From assembly GCF_006345805.1 (NCBI RefSeq), contig NC_043006.1:77190001-77254000 (forward strand): a DNA stretch of 64,000 nt, in the 5' to 3' direction. The notes under the pieces are model-generated. The model was not told where the DNA came from and ran no database searches. It was given only the letters and a program-made list of their open reading frames with translations. Below are positions 1 through 12,989 of the stretch, piece by piece (position 1 is the first letter of the stretch; every line of letters starts with the position of its first letter). The position numbers and the translations under genes were made by a program. Origin of the DNA: Octopus sinensis. Lineage: Eukaryota.

Positions 1-210
1 TGCCACAAGGGCCTAAACACAGAGAGAACAAACAAGGACAGACAAACGGATTAAGTCGATTATATCGACCCCAGTGCGTAACTGCTACTTATTTAATCGA
101 TCCTGGAAGGATGAAAAGAAAGGCGACCTCGGCGGAATTTGAACTCAGAATGTAGCGACAGACGAAATACCGCTATGCATTCCTCCCCGCGTGCTAACGA
201 TTCTGCCAGT
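1..210 (-). mobile_element. tRNA-derived SINE, family A (head AAGGCGGCGAGCTGGCAGAATC), tail type A; cut by window edge
   Basis: Reverse complement has an A-box-like TGGCAGAATCG and a B-box GAGTTCAAATTCC. Near-identical copies at 57103-57324 and 60819-61045. Probably one of the octopus OK/OR1/OR2 SINE families; which one cannot be verified here. Confidence 0.9.
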
Positions 211-2312
211 TCACCGCCTTTGTACATATAATACACATGACGCATATAGAATGTCCATCCCTTACAAACTTCACTTGCTGCTATGCGCATGCACCTTTAT
301 CGATTTCATTTATCTAAAGATACTTCAAATGAACTTGAAGACTCAAAGGATTTTGCATTGTGTTATGGAAGTTATGTTCTCCGATGAGAACCTTTTTGCT
401 TTGTTTGTGGTGTAAAACAATTTTTCTACTTTAGTTTTCTTTTGTTTATGATAGAGTATAATGGCGTGTTTTGAATTCAGAATGTAAAGCGAGACAATTA
501 TCAAATAATGTGTCGTCCGACGTTCTGTACCGTTTCTCCATTCCACGGTCTTATTTTGGCAGCTTGTGTTGACTTCGAATTATTCTGTTTGTCGTTCGGA
601 TTCATCTGAAAATTCTAGCACCTATGGCTAAATAATAATTTAAACAACAACAACGACATCAAGCCTACACAAAACATTCAGGCGTTAAGATTTCTACATC
701 ATCAGCAGGAGCAACACTACTAATACACACAGATAAAACACAAACACACATACATATGTATATGTGTGTGCCTGTGTGTGTATGCATATATTTATGCATG
801 TATGTATATTCAAGTGAGTGCGTGCGTGGGCGGGGCTGAAGCTTTTTGGAATGCCGGAATGAACGAAAAACTGAACAGAGATATTTCTGGTCTTTATCTT
901 TGCCCTTCTTCTTGCTTATAACTCTTTACATAGTGAAATCAGAGTCCCCAAATTCACTTTCATATGACATTGTTATTAGTTCGTTGTTTTGACATAATCG
1001 ACCAGGCTTTGTTCCTATAAATATATGACCCTCATGCCGTGTTAAAATCAGAAATATTGTAATTATCAATCATTAAATTATGATTAACATCCTCCTCAAC
1101 AACCCTTATATTTCCCTCCCCACAGCATCCATCTCCTTATCGTCATCAACACATCTTCTACAGCTGCTTCAGTCTAAGCAGCTTTAGCTGCACTAGAAAT
1201 TGTAAATTCACATTAGAAACAGCCTTGGGTAAAATATTAAAATGTCTCTAACCATAAAATCACTGAATATAATAAAAAAATAAATATTATAACTACCATT
1301 ATTACAATAATGACAATCACGTTCTCAAACAAACACTTGAATTAATAATAGCTCTTAGCTTCTATAAATGATCAACAAAAATAACAACTACTGCAGCGAA
1401 AACTATCACCAGACAAATAAGAATAATATTTAAAAAAGATAAGTTGACAAATAACAGACGAAGAACGAAAGACTTGCAGAAGTATAACAGAAGTATAGAA
1501 TTTTTTTTCTAAATCCGTTCATAGAGCTAACGTGTTCTTTAAAAGAAACTAGGATAACTTTATAGCAGACTGTCCGTCTTTAATATATGTGTCGTATACT
1601 CGCAATATATCAGTTTATATTTTGTGGTGTTGCGGAATCGAACAATCGCCATCATGAATTAAGCGTAATTGGAACGAATAGAGATTCTCAGCTTTATATG
1701 AACAAACAAGCACGAAATACTAGGTAAAAACGCATATACTTCGTATGATATGGCTGAGTCACTGGATTTGTGCGCTTTCGAATATCTTTGACCGTTAATA
1801 CAAGACTGAAGTCATGTAGAAGCTAATACATATACACACATTCAATAGCTTTACAGAAATAATAAAAATGGTGACACCATACCTCCTTCAAATTATACAC
1901 TATATTTGTTCAAATTAATATATAAATTTACATTTACGTATGTGTGTGAGCGTGAGTGTGGGTGCGTGTGCACGCATGTATATTCTAATGGCAGTGGTTA
2001 GTAGAATCTTAAGTATCGGGGAAAGAAAGAAAAACAAACTTGCATACTATTATTCTAAGTTCTCTGTCCACATCCCGCTGAAACCATCCCTTGTCTTCTA
2101 TCATTCTAACAAGCATGAAATAATATTCCAATCACACAGTCAGGCTTTCCATTTCATCGAACACTTCATTACCGTAATTATCTGGTCTTAAATATGCCTG
2201 CTAGACAGTTACACGAAGGCGCGCGCGTATACATGCATGCATGCATACATACTACATGCATACATACATACAAGCATACATATATCCAGACTATGAATTC
2301 ATATTCATATCA

Positions 2313-2570
2313 ATGACAATTGGAGAATTAGGTTTTGTTAATTAAGTGCTTGAAGAAGTATCTGGACAAGCTGGGAATTTCAGAAAGAGAAATGGACCAG
2401 CAAATTTGTACATTGAAAAAAAAATCTGTGAGTGAAGCAGTAGAAATATGCAAGACATTTCTCAAGTTCCAAATGTAAATTTGTTTGTGTTAACTACATT
2501 CCTAAGATGGAACCTTGTATCTTTGTTGGAAACTGCCTCCCTCCTAAATAGATTTATAATTAAAAAAAAG
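2313..2570 (+). mobile_element. C-terminal scrap and 3' UTR of a restriction-like-endonuclease (R4/Dong-type) LINE
   Basis: Manual translation with one frameshift: MTIGELGFVN/KCLKKYLDKLGISEREMDQQICTLKKKSVSEAVEICKTFLKFQM* (stop 2476-2478). Resembles the IGALG...ICKTFL C-terminus of REL LINEs. A-rich end at 2562-2569. Confidence 0.55.
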
Positions 2571-2806
2571 AAGACAGCATACTTTCTTACTTACATGTAT
2601 ATGCGTTTAGGCTTGTTAGCATTGTATTCCGGCCATACTGGAGTGCAGACATGTGAGGGTAGTATCAATTAGTGCTAGACTGAAAATGAAACTAACATTC
2701 TACTCACATTGCATTCACAGATAGAGAATTTAATTAAACCCCTTGTGACAGTAGATTAAGTGCGAACAATTCTGCTACGGGAAACAGACACACACATTGA
2801 TATATC

Positions 2807-2854
<48 letters not shown>

Positions 2855-2989
2855 TACATGTTGAGCAATGAGAATGAGTGCTCATAACCGCATTCGTGGA
2901 TAAAGATTATGTTAGGAAAATATTTTAATCTTAACGAATTTTCAACCCAATCCCATGGAGGAATGGTGTTCGTTTCCATTTTGGATTAA

Positions 2990-3110
2990 AACACGAAAAA
3001 CCAGGAGGATTCAGGATAAACTTTTGTGAAAAGTTTTGGAAAACAAAGCAAGAATTGCGATGGGGGCGACTCTTCGGCAACAACTTCGTTCACCATGACA
3101 GCATGTGTCT
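2990..3110 (+). mobile_element. Possible Tc1-like transposase scrap
   Basis: KVLENKARIAMG/RLFGNNFVHHDS loosely resembles the Tc1 region before the second catalytic Asp. Short and frameshifted. Confidence 0.25.
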
Positions 3111-3424
3111 TCTATGTGTAGAGTTCGTATGATGTTATATATTTAATGTACGCGTTCACACACACAGACAAACACGCATACACACACACACATACATATA
3201 TATGCCTGTATGTATGAGAGTGTGTGTATGTGTGTGTGTGCTACGGTGTAAGTGTGTGTATGTATGAGTACCAATTCCTGATGAGATGTATGTGTATTAC
3301 CTTCAGAATATGCAGTTATATATATACATAAGATTCGTTCGGTGTTCTGAATCCATACCTTAAACTAGCCATTCATATTTATACATATATATGCAATACG
3401 CATAAGGATTTACATATATGCATT

Positions 3425-3459
<35 letters not shown>

Positions 3460-4062
3460 GTGTTTATGCAGTTGCTGTGTACCATGTATTTATATATGTG
3501 TAGATTTACATACGCACTCGCGTACACTCTCACATACGCACGCCCACACACACTAACACACTCACAAAATAAATTGTAGGTAAGAATAATGGATGTTGAT
3601 ATGTTGTTGAGTCTGAGATATTGTTGGCTGTTGGCCATTTCCACATCCCGAGGGATAGTCATTTATATCTAGCTTCCATATCACGAGAAATGGTAGTATT
3701 CACCATTGGGCCATTATACATTTTAGAGGAAGCCTCCCAGATATTAGTAGATATTAATTGAGGAATAACGAGCAATACTGTGTTGTACGTGTATAAACAA
3801 ACATGCTTTAACTTTCTCACTAAAATTGTCTAATGATAGAAAATAATACTGCAGTCTTACAGAAATACGTGATGTAAAATTCTTCAACGCTTTCGTTTTT
3901 ATATTGAGCAAAATTTTACCAGTCAAATGTACTTTCAATTTTTCCTTTTCTATCCATATAACATGTATCCACTCGCTAAAATGAAAAAGTGATTAACTTT
4001 CAGAGTATGGACCTTTAAGTGAACTTTAGAATTGTCTCCCTTGATTTTCTCGAAGGGATGAA

Positions 4063-4289
4063 TTATCCCTTTAGTATTTAAACCGGCCATATCCGGCCAA
4101 AATGGTTAATCTGTTTTATGTTCAAACTGACCAGATCCAGGCTCTCACACCTACCCTACAATGTTATTCTACATTAAGTAATTACACCATCAAGATCTTG
4201 AAGATATGAGATAATGGATGATTAATTCAAATCAATGGGAATCAATTAGCATTATGTTTGATAGAATAATCTGAATACTAAAGGGTTAA
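4063..4289. mobile_element. piggyBac-type MITE (~220 bp)
   Basis: Left end TTAT-CCCTTTAGTATT (4063) and right end AATACTAAAGGG-TTAA (4274-4289) are inverted repeats. CCCT...AGGG termini with a TTAA-type target are the piggyBac signature. No coding capacity. Confidence 0.75.
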
Positions 4290-4300
4290 AGCTAATATTA

Positions 4301-5358
4301 CCATGAAACCTTGCAGTGCGAATTTAATTCCTTCTATGACCGAACTCGTTTTACGATCTACTCGTTTTGCAAATCAATTTTCCCGATTGAAATTAATTAA
4401 AATATAATTAATCCGTTCCAAACCCACCAAACCACCAGAAAATAATTTTTTTATGAGTTTTGAACCAGGAAAGTTGTATTTACATGTCAAATGGCAATTA
4501 TTAAAGATATATGTAAACTGGTCTTATTTATTGAATTACCTCAAAGATAGGACGATTTGTGCGCGAGGAAGACTATAGCGTGGGGGAGGTGAATTGCTGT
4601 TTGAAAGGAGAATCTCTTTCCATTTAGACTTCAGAAAAAAATATCTGGCGCTTTCTCTCTCACTTCGCTTAATTTAGGCTTTTTGGATGCACTTCCGTCA
4701 CTTTTTACACTTGCAGGTAGTTTCAATACAAATATATCAAGAGAAGCCTGCTTTTACCTGCCTTTCAAAATGACACGAAAAGCCGCCTGAGCAGCGTCAT
4801 TAAATAAAGTTACTGCACGATCTGTAGCTACATTTTCATGATGATAATTTTTTACAAATTCAGACACATACTATCACTTTCCCTCTACATGGCCTTGCTT
4901 TTGCTTTTTTAGCCCCAAATTAACTTAAATTAACTTTGCCAACTCTGACTTTATGACAGTCGTAGGGATAGCATTCTCCGCTACACTGTCAACCTCCGGG
5001 GAAACAATCTCTTCCACCGCATTCAGCACTGTCCTTTGCACTAACCTTCTTAGGACCCATGACTAACACATCTAAATATTATAAAATAATAGCACAAAAT
5101 GCACAAAACTAATCAAAAACACTGGGAAAAGCACAACAGGGATGCTGCCACAAAGAAATAAACAAGTGAACTGAGTGAGCAGAAACTATACTTGTTGGGA
5201 GAGCGTGTGCGATCTCAGCGCTGACAAGTAGTCGCTTGTATGAAACTCGCTCGTACTACGGATTTACGCTCGTACTTCAAGACAAAATTTCACACGAACC
5301 ACGACTCACACAGTAAATTACTCGTACAATGGTGCACTCGTATTGCGAGGTTCTACTG
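4301..5358 (-). mobile_element. Internally deleted Tigger/pogo DNA transposon
   Basis: Right TIR TA-CAGTAGAACCTCGCAATACGAG (ends 5358); degenerate left TIR at 4301 (17/25 identical including TA). Minus-strand ATG at 5060 gives MGPKKVSAKDSAE (TIGD1-like N-terminus), followed within ~200 nt by the C-terminal VSEFVKNYHHENVATDRAVTLFNDAAQAAFRVILKGR*KQASLDIF. The HTH and DDE core are missing. Confidence 0.85.
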
Positions 5359-5727
5359 TATATCCGCTTAAGTGCGTATCATTTGTTGGTTAAATATTTG
5401 CTAATTGTTACCATGACATATAGCATGAATAATTTATTAGCAAAAGCTGTTGAGATGATTTGTTCTCACTTCTTTATAAACCGTTGAGATAAATGTGATG
5501 GACATCGTTTGATGACATGTGAAAAGGACAAGATCAGCTGTGATTTTAAATGTATGAATAAGTTGTCTTCTGTTCGTGGTTGAAAAATTTTTAGGCTTTT
5601 TCTCGCGTTCTAAATCAAACAATGAAACATGAATGGCAGTTCATAGACAAATCGTGGCTGCGGCTTTAAATAAGACATCAGTAATATTTCCATGTTGTTT
5701 TCCAGGTATTTAATATTTGACGTCCTT

Positions 5728-5940
5728 AAGGCAGCGGGCTGGCAGAACCGTTAGAAGGTCGGCTAAAATACTTAGCGGTATTTCGTCCGTCTTGCCGTTG
5801 TGAGTTCAAATACTGCCTGGGTTTACTTTACCTTTCATCCTCTCGGACTTGACAAAATAAGTACCAGTTGAGTACTGGAGTCAATGTAATCAACTTCCCC
5901 TCCCCTAACATTGCGGGCCTTTACCAACATTAGAAACCAA
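5728..5940 (+). mobile_element. SINE family A monomer, tail type B
   Basis: Head AAGGCAGCGGGCTGGCAGAACC, B-box GAGTTCAAAT, tail CCCTCCCCTAACATTGCGGGCCTTTACCAACATTAGAAACC. Confidence 0.85.
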
Positions 5941-6029
5941 TATTTCATGTTCTTTGAAACGTAGTTTATAGCAAAATTTATTCTTCTACATTGGAAATTA
6001 ATTACATTTTTCCTTAATTTGTTTTTCAG

Positions 6030-6109
6030 GTATTAATTTACATGATGATAAAAATGGATTACATCTAAATGGATAATAGTGGATTTGATATACAGCTCTG
6101 ATCATAGAG
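6030..6109 (+). other. Candidate 80-nt exon, apparently non-coding
   Basis: Pyrimidine tract plus TTTTTCAG|G acceptor and GAG|GTAAGT consensus donor. All three frames contain a stop, so it would be UTR or lncRNA if real. Confidence 0.5.
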
Positions 6110-7646
6110 GTAAGTGCATGTTATATATTTCCGCTTTCATATAATTATTTATATTTTGTTTTTGCCATATATTTTCTCATGCAAACAGATCTGTATTTCT
6201 TACAATGCATAGAAACTGCATGAATTCCAAACAGTTCAGCGTTTAGATTCTGTACATAACGTAAGGAATTATAGATTGGTGTAATGCCAGTGTACTATAG
6301 CACGAACATTCGTACATGACATTCCATCAGCACTGCGTTGGAAACAGCTCAACAGATTACTCCATTTATTTGAAATATGCTCGTTCATTACGGCATAAAT
6401 ACAACTGACAGGTATAAGCAACAATAACACAATAAAATTAAAAGCGCCTTCGTGATTTTGCAATGTTTAAGGTGATGCCCGTGAGCGTATCGGGAGAAAA
6501 TGGACATGTTTTAGGTACACATATTACTTTTATCGATATTCCGATAAATTACTCTGTTTTCCTTTTAACTACTCAATAAAAGTAACGATATAATGGTTGA
6601 ATTTTATTCAAGTTATTCTCGCAGAGTAATCACACACACGCGTGTGCATGCAACTGCCTTCACTATTGAAACGGATATGTGGTGGTACATTATATTTTCC
6701 CTGTTTACCGTAACACATAATTTCTATGGATCTATATATTTCCTTTGCTTTTTTATCTGATGCCCATAAAATACTATCAATGAAAATCCATGAAATATCA
6801 ATAAAAATTATAAACAGTTCTCAGAGCAATTCTTTGCTAGAGAGGCCCCATTATATTTTACCTTTACAGAGTATTTCGATAATCACTTTTTTCAGCAATG
6901 CCTAGCAATAATATTTAATGCCTTAAATTTTTCAATTATTTACTTCGTTAGCAAAAAGTTGAATTTCTATTACGTTATATGTTGGGCTGTGCATTTTAAA
7001 AATTACACTAGTATATTACGTAAAAAGGCCCCCAACTTGTTTTCTTACTTCTTTCCTGGTAATATATTTCAGCTTATATATTTTAAAGCATAAAAATAAA
7101 TACATAAAATGGAAGAAATATAACAATGTAAATACAACATTTGAAATTCTCATAAGAAATTACTCATTTTAAAGACACTATCATTAAGCAAGTAGAAAAT
7201 CAATTTACATATTAAAGAACACATAAATAAATTTACGCTGGATGAATGGATATCCAAGCCAAAAGATAATACGTTATATCGTCAATCTGTTCGCCAACCA
7301 CGGGAAAAAAATATTTTATTCAAATAATAACCATTCCAAATAATAACCATTTTAATATTGTACAGCAATTTAGCAGATTTTGACAAGAAACAAAGTAGAA
7401 AAGAAAAATACAAAATATGCAAAAATGAATTTGAAAAGAAAGATGAAAAAGGAAATAAGTCTATTATTTTCTGAAGTTTTTGTTTACAGCGTATAAATAT
7501 ATTTAGAAAATATATATAATTTTATGTTTATGACAGTGTTCAAAGACTGATAAAAAGGAAATCAATGGAAGGAAGAACAACAATTGTTCAGCAGCAAACA
7601 AAGCAGATATTTCTTCATAGTTTTATTGGTAAAAAATGTTTATAGC

Positions 7647-7648
<2 letters not shown>

Positions 7649-7694
<46 letters not shown>
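7649..7694. repeat. (AAT)n microsatellite
   Basis: Perfect trinucleotide run. Confidence 0.98.
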
Positions 7695-7695
<1 letters not shown>

Positions 7696-8330
7696 GTATA
7701 GTGATACTGATATAAATATATAAATAAAAATTAACTGCCATTGTCATCTTTGTAACATCAACAGCATCGACAACGACAACTCCTTAGTCATTGTCATGCA
7801 AAACAAAAATTTAATGTTCAAAATGCAAAGAGAAAATCAGCGAGCAGTTGTTTCGTTTTCCATATTTCTACTCTGGATTGAAATGAGGTTTTTTAGCAGT
7901 GTTACGATCCAGAGTCGTTGTATACGTGTGACAATATATTCTGGTTGCAATAATAATATAAGCGCACATAAAAGTATATATACACACACATTCACACACA
8001 CACACATAGCAACGTTACCTATGTCTGTATGTGTAACGTGTTAAATGTACTGAAACGTATTTCCCTTAACATTTCTTCATCGATTTCCCAACTGGTACTT
8101 TCACATTGCTCTCGTATCATCATAGAATTAAACTTGAGTCTGAACGAACGGTGGATCGTCTGCAGTAAGTTATACATTATCCGAACATGAAACTTGAAGT
8201 AGCTTACGTATAAACTCTTGTAAACTTTAAGTAATATATATGTGTTTGTTTGTGTGTGTATGTATATATATATATACATACATACGTACACATGCGTATA
8301 TACATACAAATGTATATGTATACATACATA

Positions 8331-8395
8331 CATCAAACTAATACGCTTGTTGATCATCGCCATTTTCGTCTCTTCGCTTTCTGCAAATTTCAACC

Positions 8396-8448
<53 letters not shown>

Positions 8449-8514
8449 GGTTGAAATTTGCAGAAAGCGAAGATACGAAAATGGGCGATGATCAACAAGC
8501 GTATTATTTTGATG
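8331..8514. repeat. Inverted repeat: ~65-bp arms around a (TA)n core
   Basis: 8331-8395 is the reverse complement of 8449-8514, with two substitutions and one 1-nt indel. Confidence 0.95.
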
Positions 8515-8630
8515 CACGAGAAAAAGGAAAAGGTCTTTTAAGTTTCGAGCATATAGTCTTCAACAGAAAGGAATAAAAGGAAGTAAGCAGAGGGAGAATG
8601 ATAAACACGTGTAGAATTCAGCGGCCTAGC

Positions 8631-10760
8631 ATGGCGAATGTTTGGATACAAATTTTTTTCATATATGTGGGATAATGTTACTGCCAAAAACTGAAACAGC
8701 CGACCCACATCTAAAATATTATATCTTGTCTGATGGACAATGTTACTTGTCTGAATACATTTCACTCGGAAAATAACAAAAATCCGATACCATTCCAATG
8801 TTTGTTCACACTGCCTCATGAAAATGTCTAAATGACCCATTCTCTAAGATTCGCACGTAACATTTGTTCTTTTTCTTGTAATTTCACGTGAATTTGCTAT
8901 CCTAGTTCTTGAGTTAAACTTTTTGAGTTATTTTTTTGTTTTACCTCATAATTTTTCATAGTAAATTCTAGTAACAAAATTGCTAATTTGGAAAAACAAT
9001 CAGCTGCAAAAAAACGCAAAACATCAATGTCTGTCAAAAATCTGTAGCCGATGGCAGATTAGGAGCTTTTCGTGAGTAATACTGCAAATATAAGAGTTTT
9101 AAACATACTCCGATCAATATGAGCAACGGACGTCTGCGAATCTGATTCTGACATTCACAGTTCTTAAAACGATTAACTGTAGAATGGATTGCAGCATTCT
9201 AAATATGTAGCTATTGATGTTAAGTTACTTTTGCCATCAATGACAGAATTGTATATTAAAACTTGCAGAGTAAGACGAAAGATGACGTTATGTGATTGAG
9301 ATGTATGTCTAGATATGATTAAAATATTCGAAAAGTAGAAAATATTTCTATAAATTTTAGTGACAAGTTAATTGAATTGAAGCATATAAATCTTTCCCCA
9401 AAATACTGACTTGAATTAATCAAATACAATATTTTCCTTGTCATAACAGAAGAGACAGTGAATATGAGAAAACCTCTGGAATGATATATCACAGAATATA
9501 AATTTTTGTATGTATTTAGATATGGATATGACTCTCTATTTCGATTTTCATACCAATGTTTACTTATGTAGCGTACTGTGATGTACAACTCAATTATTGT
9601 AAATTGTCTATGTAATGTCAGGAACACAGGATTTCCAGGAATTTGAAAATTTGATTTCGAAAATTTGTCACACATCCAAAATTAATAAATATTGCATAGC
9701 ATAGTATAGGCTTCAAAAGAGGGTCAATCTCTGGTATATCACATAAGGTACAGTGAAACCATGTTCAAGATAATATATCTGCATTATTTTTCCACCGATA
9801 TCCCTTTGAGAAAAGAATAAGATTATTCCAAAGCAACGCCATTATCCATGAATAGAGAATCTAATAAAAGAACATGACTTTAAGCCAGGTTAAAACTGTG
9901 ATCAATGGAACCGACTAGTACTGCCTGTTTAGTAATATTATCAAGAGTTTAAGCATTTAAAGAAACCTATTTCAAACTTGCGATGATTCTTTCAACTGAA
10001 TCTGCTGTAAATGTTAACGAATTATAGGGTTATACGAACATTTATCTTTATAGAAGTAAATGACGGTAAAGGTTGGTTCATAAATATCTGCAAAATGTAA
10101 ATCTATAATGACGAACATTAGATATTCCTTGATTCGCGAAACAGTCACCGAGAATTTTCTTTGAAACAGTCATGCAGGAATATATTACGCATTATGTGTC
10201 TCGGGATTACATGACTCCTGAGAATAACACTGTTCAAAAATATGCATGCACGCACATATACATACATATATCTGTTTGTGTATGTATATAATATGTATGT
10301 ATATATCTATATATGCAATAAATACATACACACACATACCTATATATATACACACACACAATTAGAAGCAAGAAAATCAACGTGATGAATTCTCTAATAC
10401 GGTTCTTTGTGATAGATGTAGGGCATGTTGTTAAATTTAATGCTGGAAAATATAGCATCTTTGATATTTAGAGGATAGCTCACATGCTCAAATTATCCAA
10501 CCTTATAGCTACAGAAATACCTTGAAGATAAAAGTATAATAGACCTTTGGTAATAAACAAGTCTTCAGAACTGCAGTTTCTTCGCAATTATGTACAATAC
10601 TCATTTCAGTCTTTGCTTTTATCATCCCAAATATGAGCTATGGAAAAATATTTCATTGTCTTTCCTGTGGCATTTGGCGCTCGTGTTCCAACTTTTGTTT
10701 CGAAACATTTGAATATAAAATGAAAATATAAGTTAGAAATTATTTCATTGACCATTCGTT
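8631..10760 (+). pseudogene. Decayed single-exon LRR receptor, Toll-like-receptor-like
   Basis: Manual three-frame translation, in order: signal-like MANVWIQIFFIYVG*CYC (ATG 8631); LRR-like ILVLELNFLSY..LPHNFS**ILVTKLLIWKNNQL, LPSMTELYIKTCRV and KLIELKHINLS; LRR-CT-like KSLSI*RNLFQTCDD (~9940-9990); TM/juxtamembrane-like segment at ~10100-10195; TIR-like IATEIP..RPLVI..FLRNYVQYSFQSL..KYFIVF..VPTFVSKHL..KYKLE (~10500-10740). Many stops and frameshifts, and a microsatellite at ~10250-10360. Confidence 0.55.
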
Positions 10761-10777
10761 AATCGACTTTAGAAGCA

Positions 10778-10848
10778 TCGAATTTTATTGAGGTGGTGCT
10801 CCAGCATGGCCACAGTCGATGACAGAATCAAATAAAAGAATGAAAGAG
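10778..10848 (+). mobile_element. Isolated 3' tail of SINE family B
   Basis: GGTGGTGCTCCAGCATGGCCACAGTC..TGACAGAATCAAATAAAAG matches the 3' end of the copies at 43751, 45234 and 55976. Confidence 0.75.
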
Positions 10849-12989
10849 TATAGCTGTGTTGATTACAATTATGCTAATCCCGATTAAATATAAGATGTAA
10901 AAATTGCCTTCTCGGTGTGTGTATATGTGGGTGTGTAGTTCTCATACACAGCTGATGTGTCTTTGTTATTAATTATATAACCCTGTTATTAATTATATTA
11001 TATAAAAAAAAAAAAACGTTTGATTAAAGCAAAACTAAACCTCGTGTTTCCATTCCGAATGTCTATTATTTCCTTTGAAGTAATCAAAATATGTAATGTA
11101 ACCTATGGACCAGTAACAGACACAGAAAAGTTTTCACATGCATTTTCCACAATCATATTCATATTACAACTCCTAGATGTTAGGTCGATACATCCTTCAT
11201 GCATTCCTAGACCGCTTTCCCAGTTATTTGCTCATGCATGACAATCGATGAATAATGTGATTATACTGGATCAAAAGTGTGACGGGATTTAGTCACATGA
11301 CCAAATTAATTTATACTCTGTCTGTGTATTGTTTGCACTCAACAATTTCGTTCCTAATTCTCAATAATACAGCATTCTGTGTATACGAAATATGAAGTAT
11401 ATTTCTCTAATATTTCATGTTGAATGCCATAGCTTTCTTTGCCATAACATCGTATTTATCTTACACCTAATCAAATTTACTTCGCAATTTTTATGATACT
11501 TAAAAAAAGGTACAAATGGTTATTGCATATTACTTAGATATTTCTCTACCATTAAATGTTATCTTCTCATAGAGGTTAAATCGAAAATAGTAGAAAGAGC
11601 ATACTAAAATCAATCAATCAATCAATCAATATTTAATTAAAGGAATTTGTAAATGCGAGAGCTTTATAAAAACAATAGAAAAATAGATACATAGAAGTAA
11701 TTTGATACCTAAGGAAATAAGTTAAGAATGTCAATTTTTATTATATAAATCGAAACTCTAAAGATGGTTTAAAATGTACACATGCATAAGCTGACCACAT
11801 GATCGTTCAATGGTTTTTAAATCAGCGGCATAAATGAAGAAAATGATTTATTTAGCAAAATTATTCAACCAAATAAATATGCACTGAATCGAGAGACCAG
11901 TGTGTTTACTAATACAATGCTGAAATGCTTCATCATCTGAGAGGTTAGTGGCATTTAATTCGTTAACGGAAAATACCGGAAGAAAAGAACATGTTGCAAT
12001 TAGTCAAGTTATCTAGTGTCTCATCAGTTTTCGATTTTAAAAATTAGCATCTTATGCAGTGTCTAGAATACATTCTGGCCAAAGTCAAGAAAAAAAAGGA
12101 AGTAATGTGAAAAGAAATTTAGTGAATAACGAAGTCAATATCAAGAAATTTGCATGAAGTAGACTGAATTAATTAACCGGAAAAATCCAAACGAAACCAT
12201 TCTGGACTGAGACAGGTTAATTTTAATTCTACTATCACTAGTGTTTAGAAAATAGATATCAGGCGTAAGGAGTATGTTTTTTTTACGATTAGACTAATCT
12301 GTACATGTGTGTGTATGCGTGTGTTTGTGTGGGGGTGCATGTGTGTGTATGTATATGTGTGTGAGTTTGTGTGTATGAATGTGTAGGTGTGGGTGTACTT
12401 GTGTATAAAAAATCAGAAACGGATACAAGATGAAAGAAATAAATACCATCTTAATGCGATAGCTTCTAACTGCTGGACAAGCTACAAAACTATCAGACTA
12501 CTGATAGAGGAAACAACATTTCCCTCTCCATGATTGACTGTAGTTATTTTCGTGAACTATGCATGTCAAGATAAGTAATTAAAACCCACAAACCACGAAA
12601 TAGAACTAACTCGAATCTTAGAGATCTAAAGTTAAAAAAAGGCACGTTAAGTAAAGTAATTCTTTTATTTCTAAGGGATAATCGCGAAGAAGGTAATTCT
12701 GCCTCATCGGTGTTGATAGAGATGATATATAACAATAATGGTACTAACAATAATACCAACTTCGAGTAAGGTGGAGAAGGCCGATAACAGGTAAAGTGGA
12801 TTATACATAGCGTTAGTACATGTGTACTCGGACCCCTGAAGACTTCGCCGATTGAAGGCTACACGTCTGATATAATGTTCTAACGCAATGACTGTTTTAT
12901 GGAAGAGCATGTTTTAAATTGCTGTGATCGATCGCATTCATGGTAAGCACAGGTATGACATCTGGAGAAATTATGCAAATTATGATGAC

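Noticed and set aside
2030-2200. Minus frame QAYLRPDNYGNEVFDEMESLTV*LEYYF...DRELR with one TGA
   Set aside because: Weak acceptor, no recognisable family. One-stop frames of this length are expected by chance.
3560-3830. Minus frame VLLVIPQLISTNIWEASSKMYNG...RYK*LSLGMWKW
   Set aside because: No convincing splice sites or homology.
9308-9400. YD*NIRKVENIS resemblance to the nicotinic/chemotactile receptor N-terminus
   Set aside because: No Cys-loop, WxPD motif or TM helices follow. The LRR reading explains the region better.
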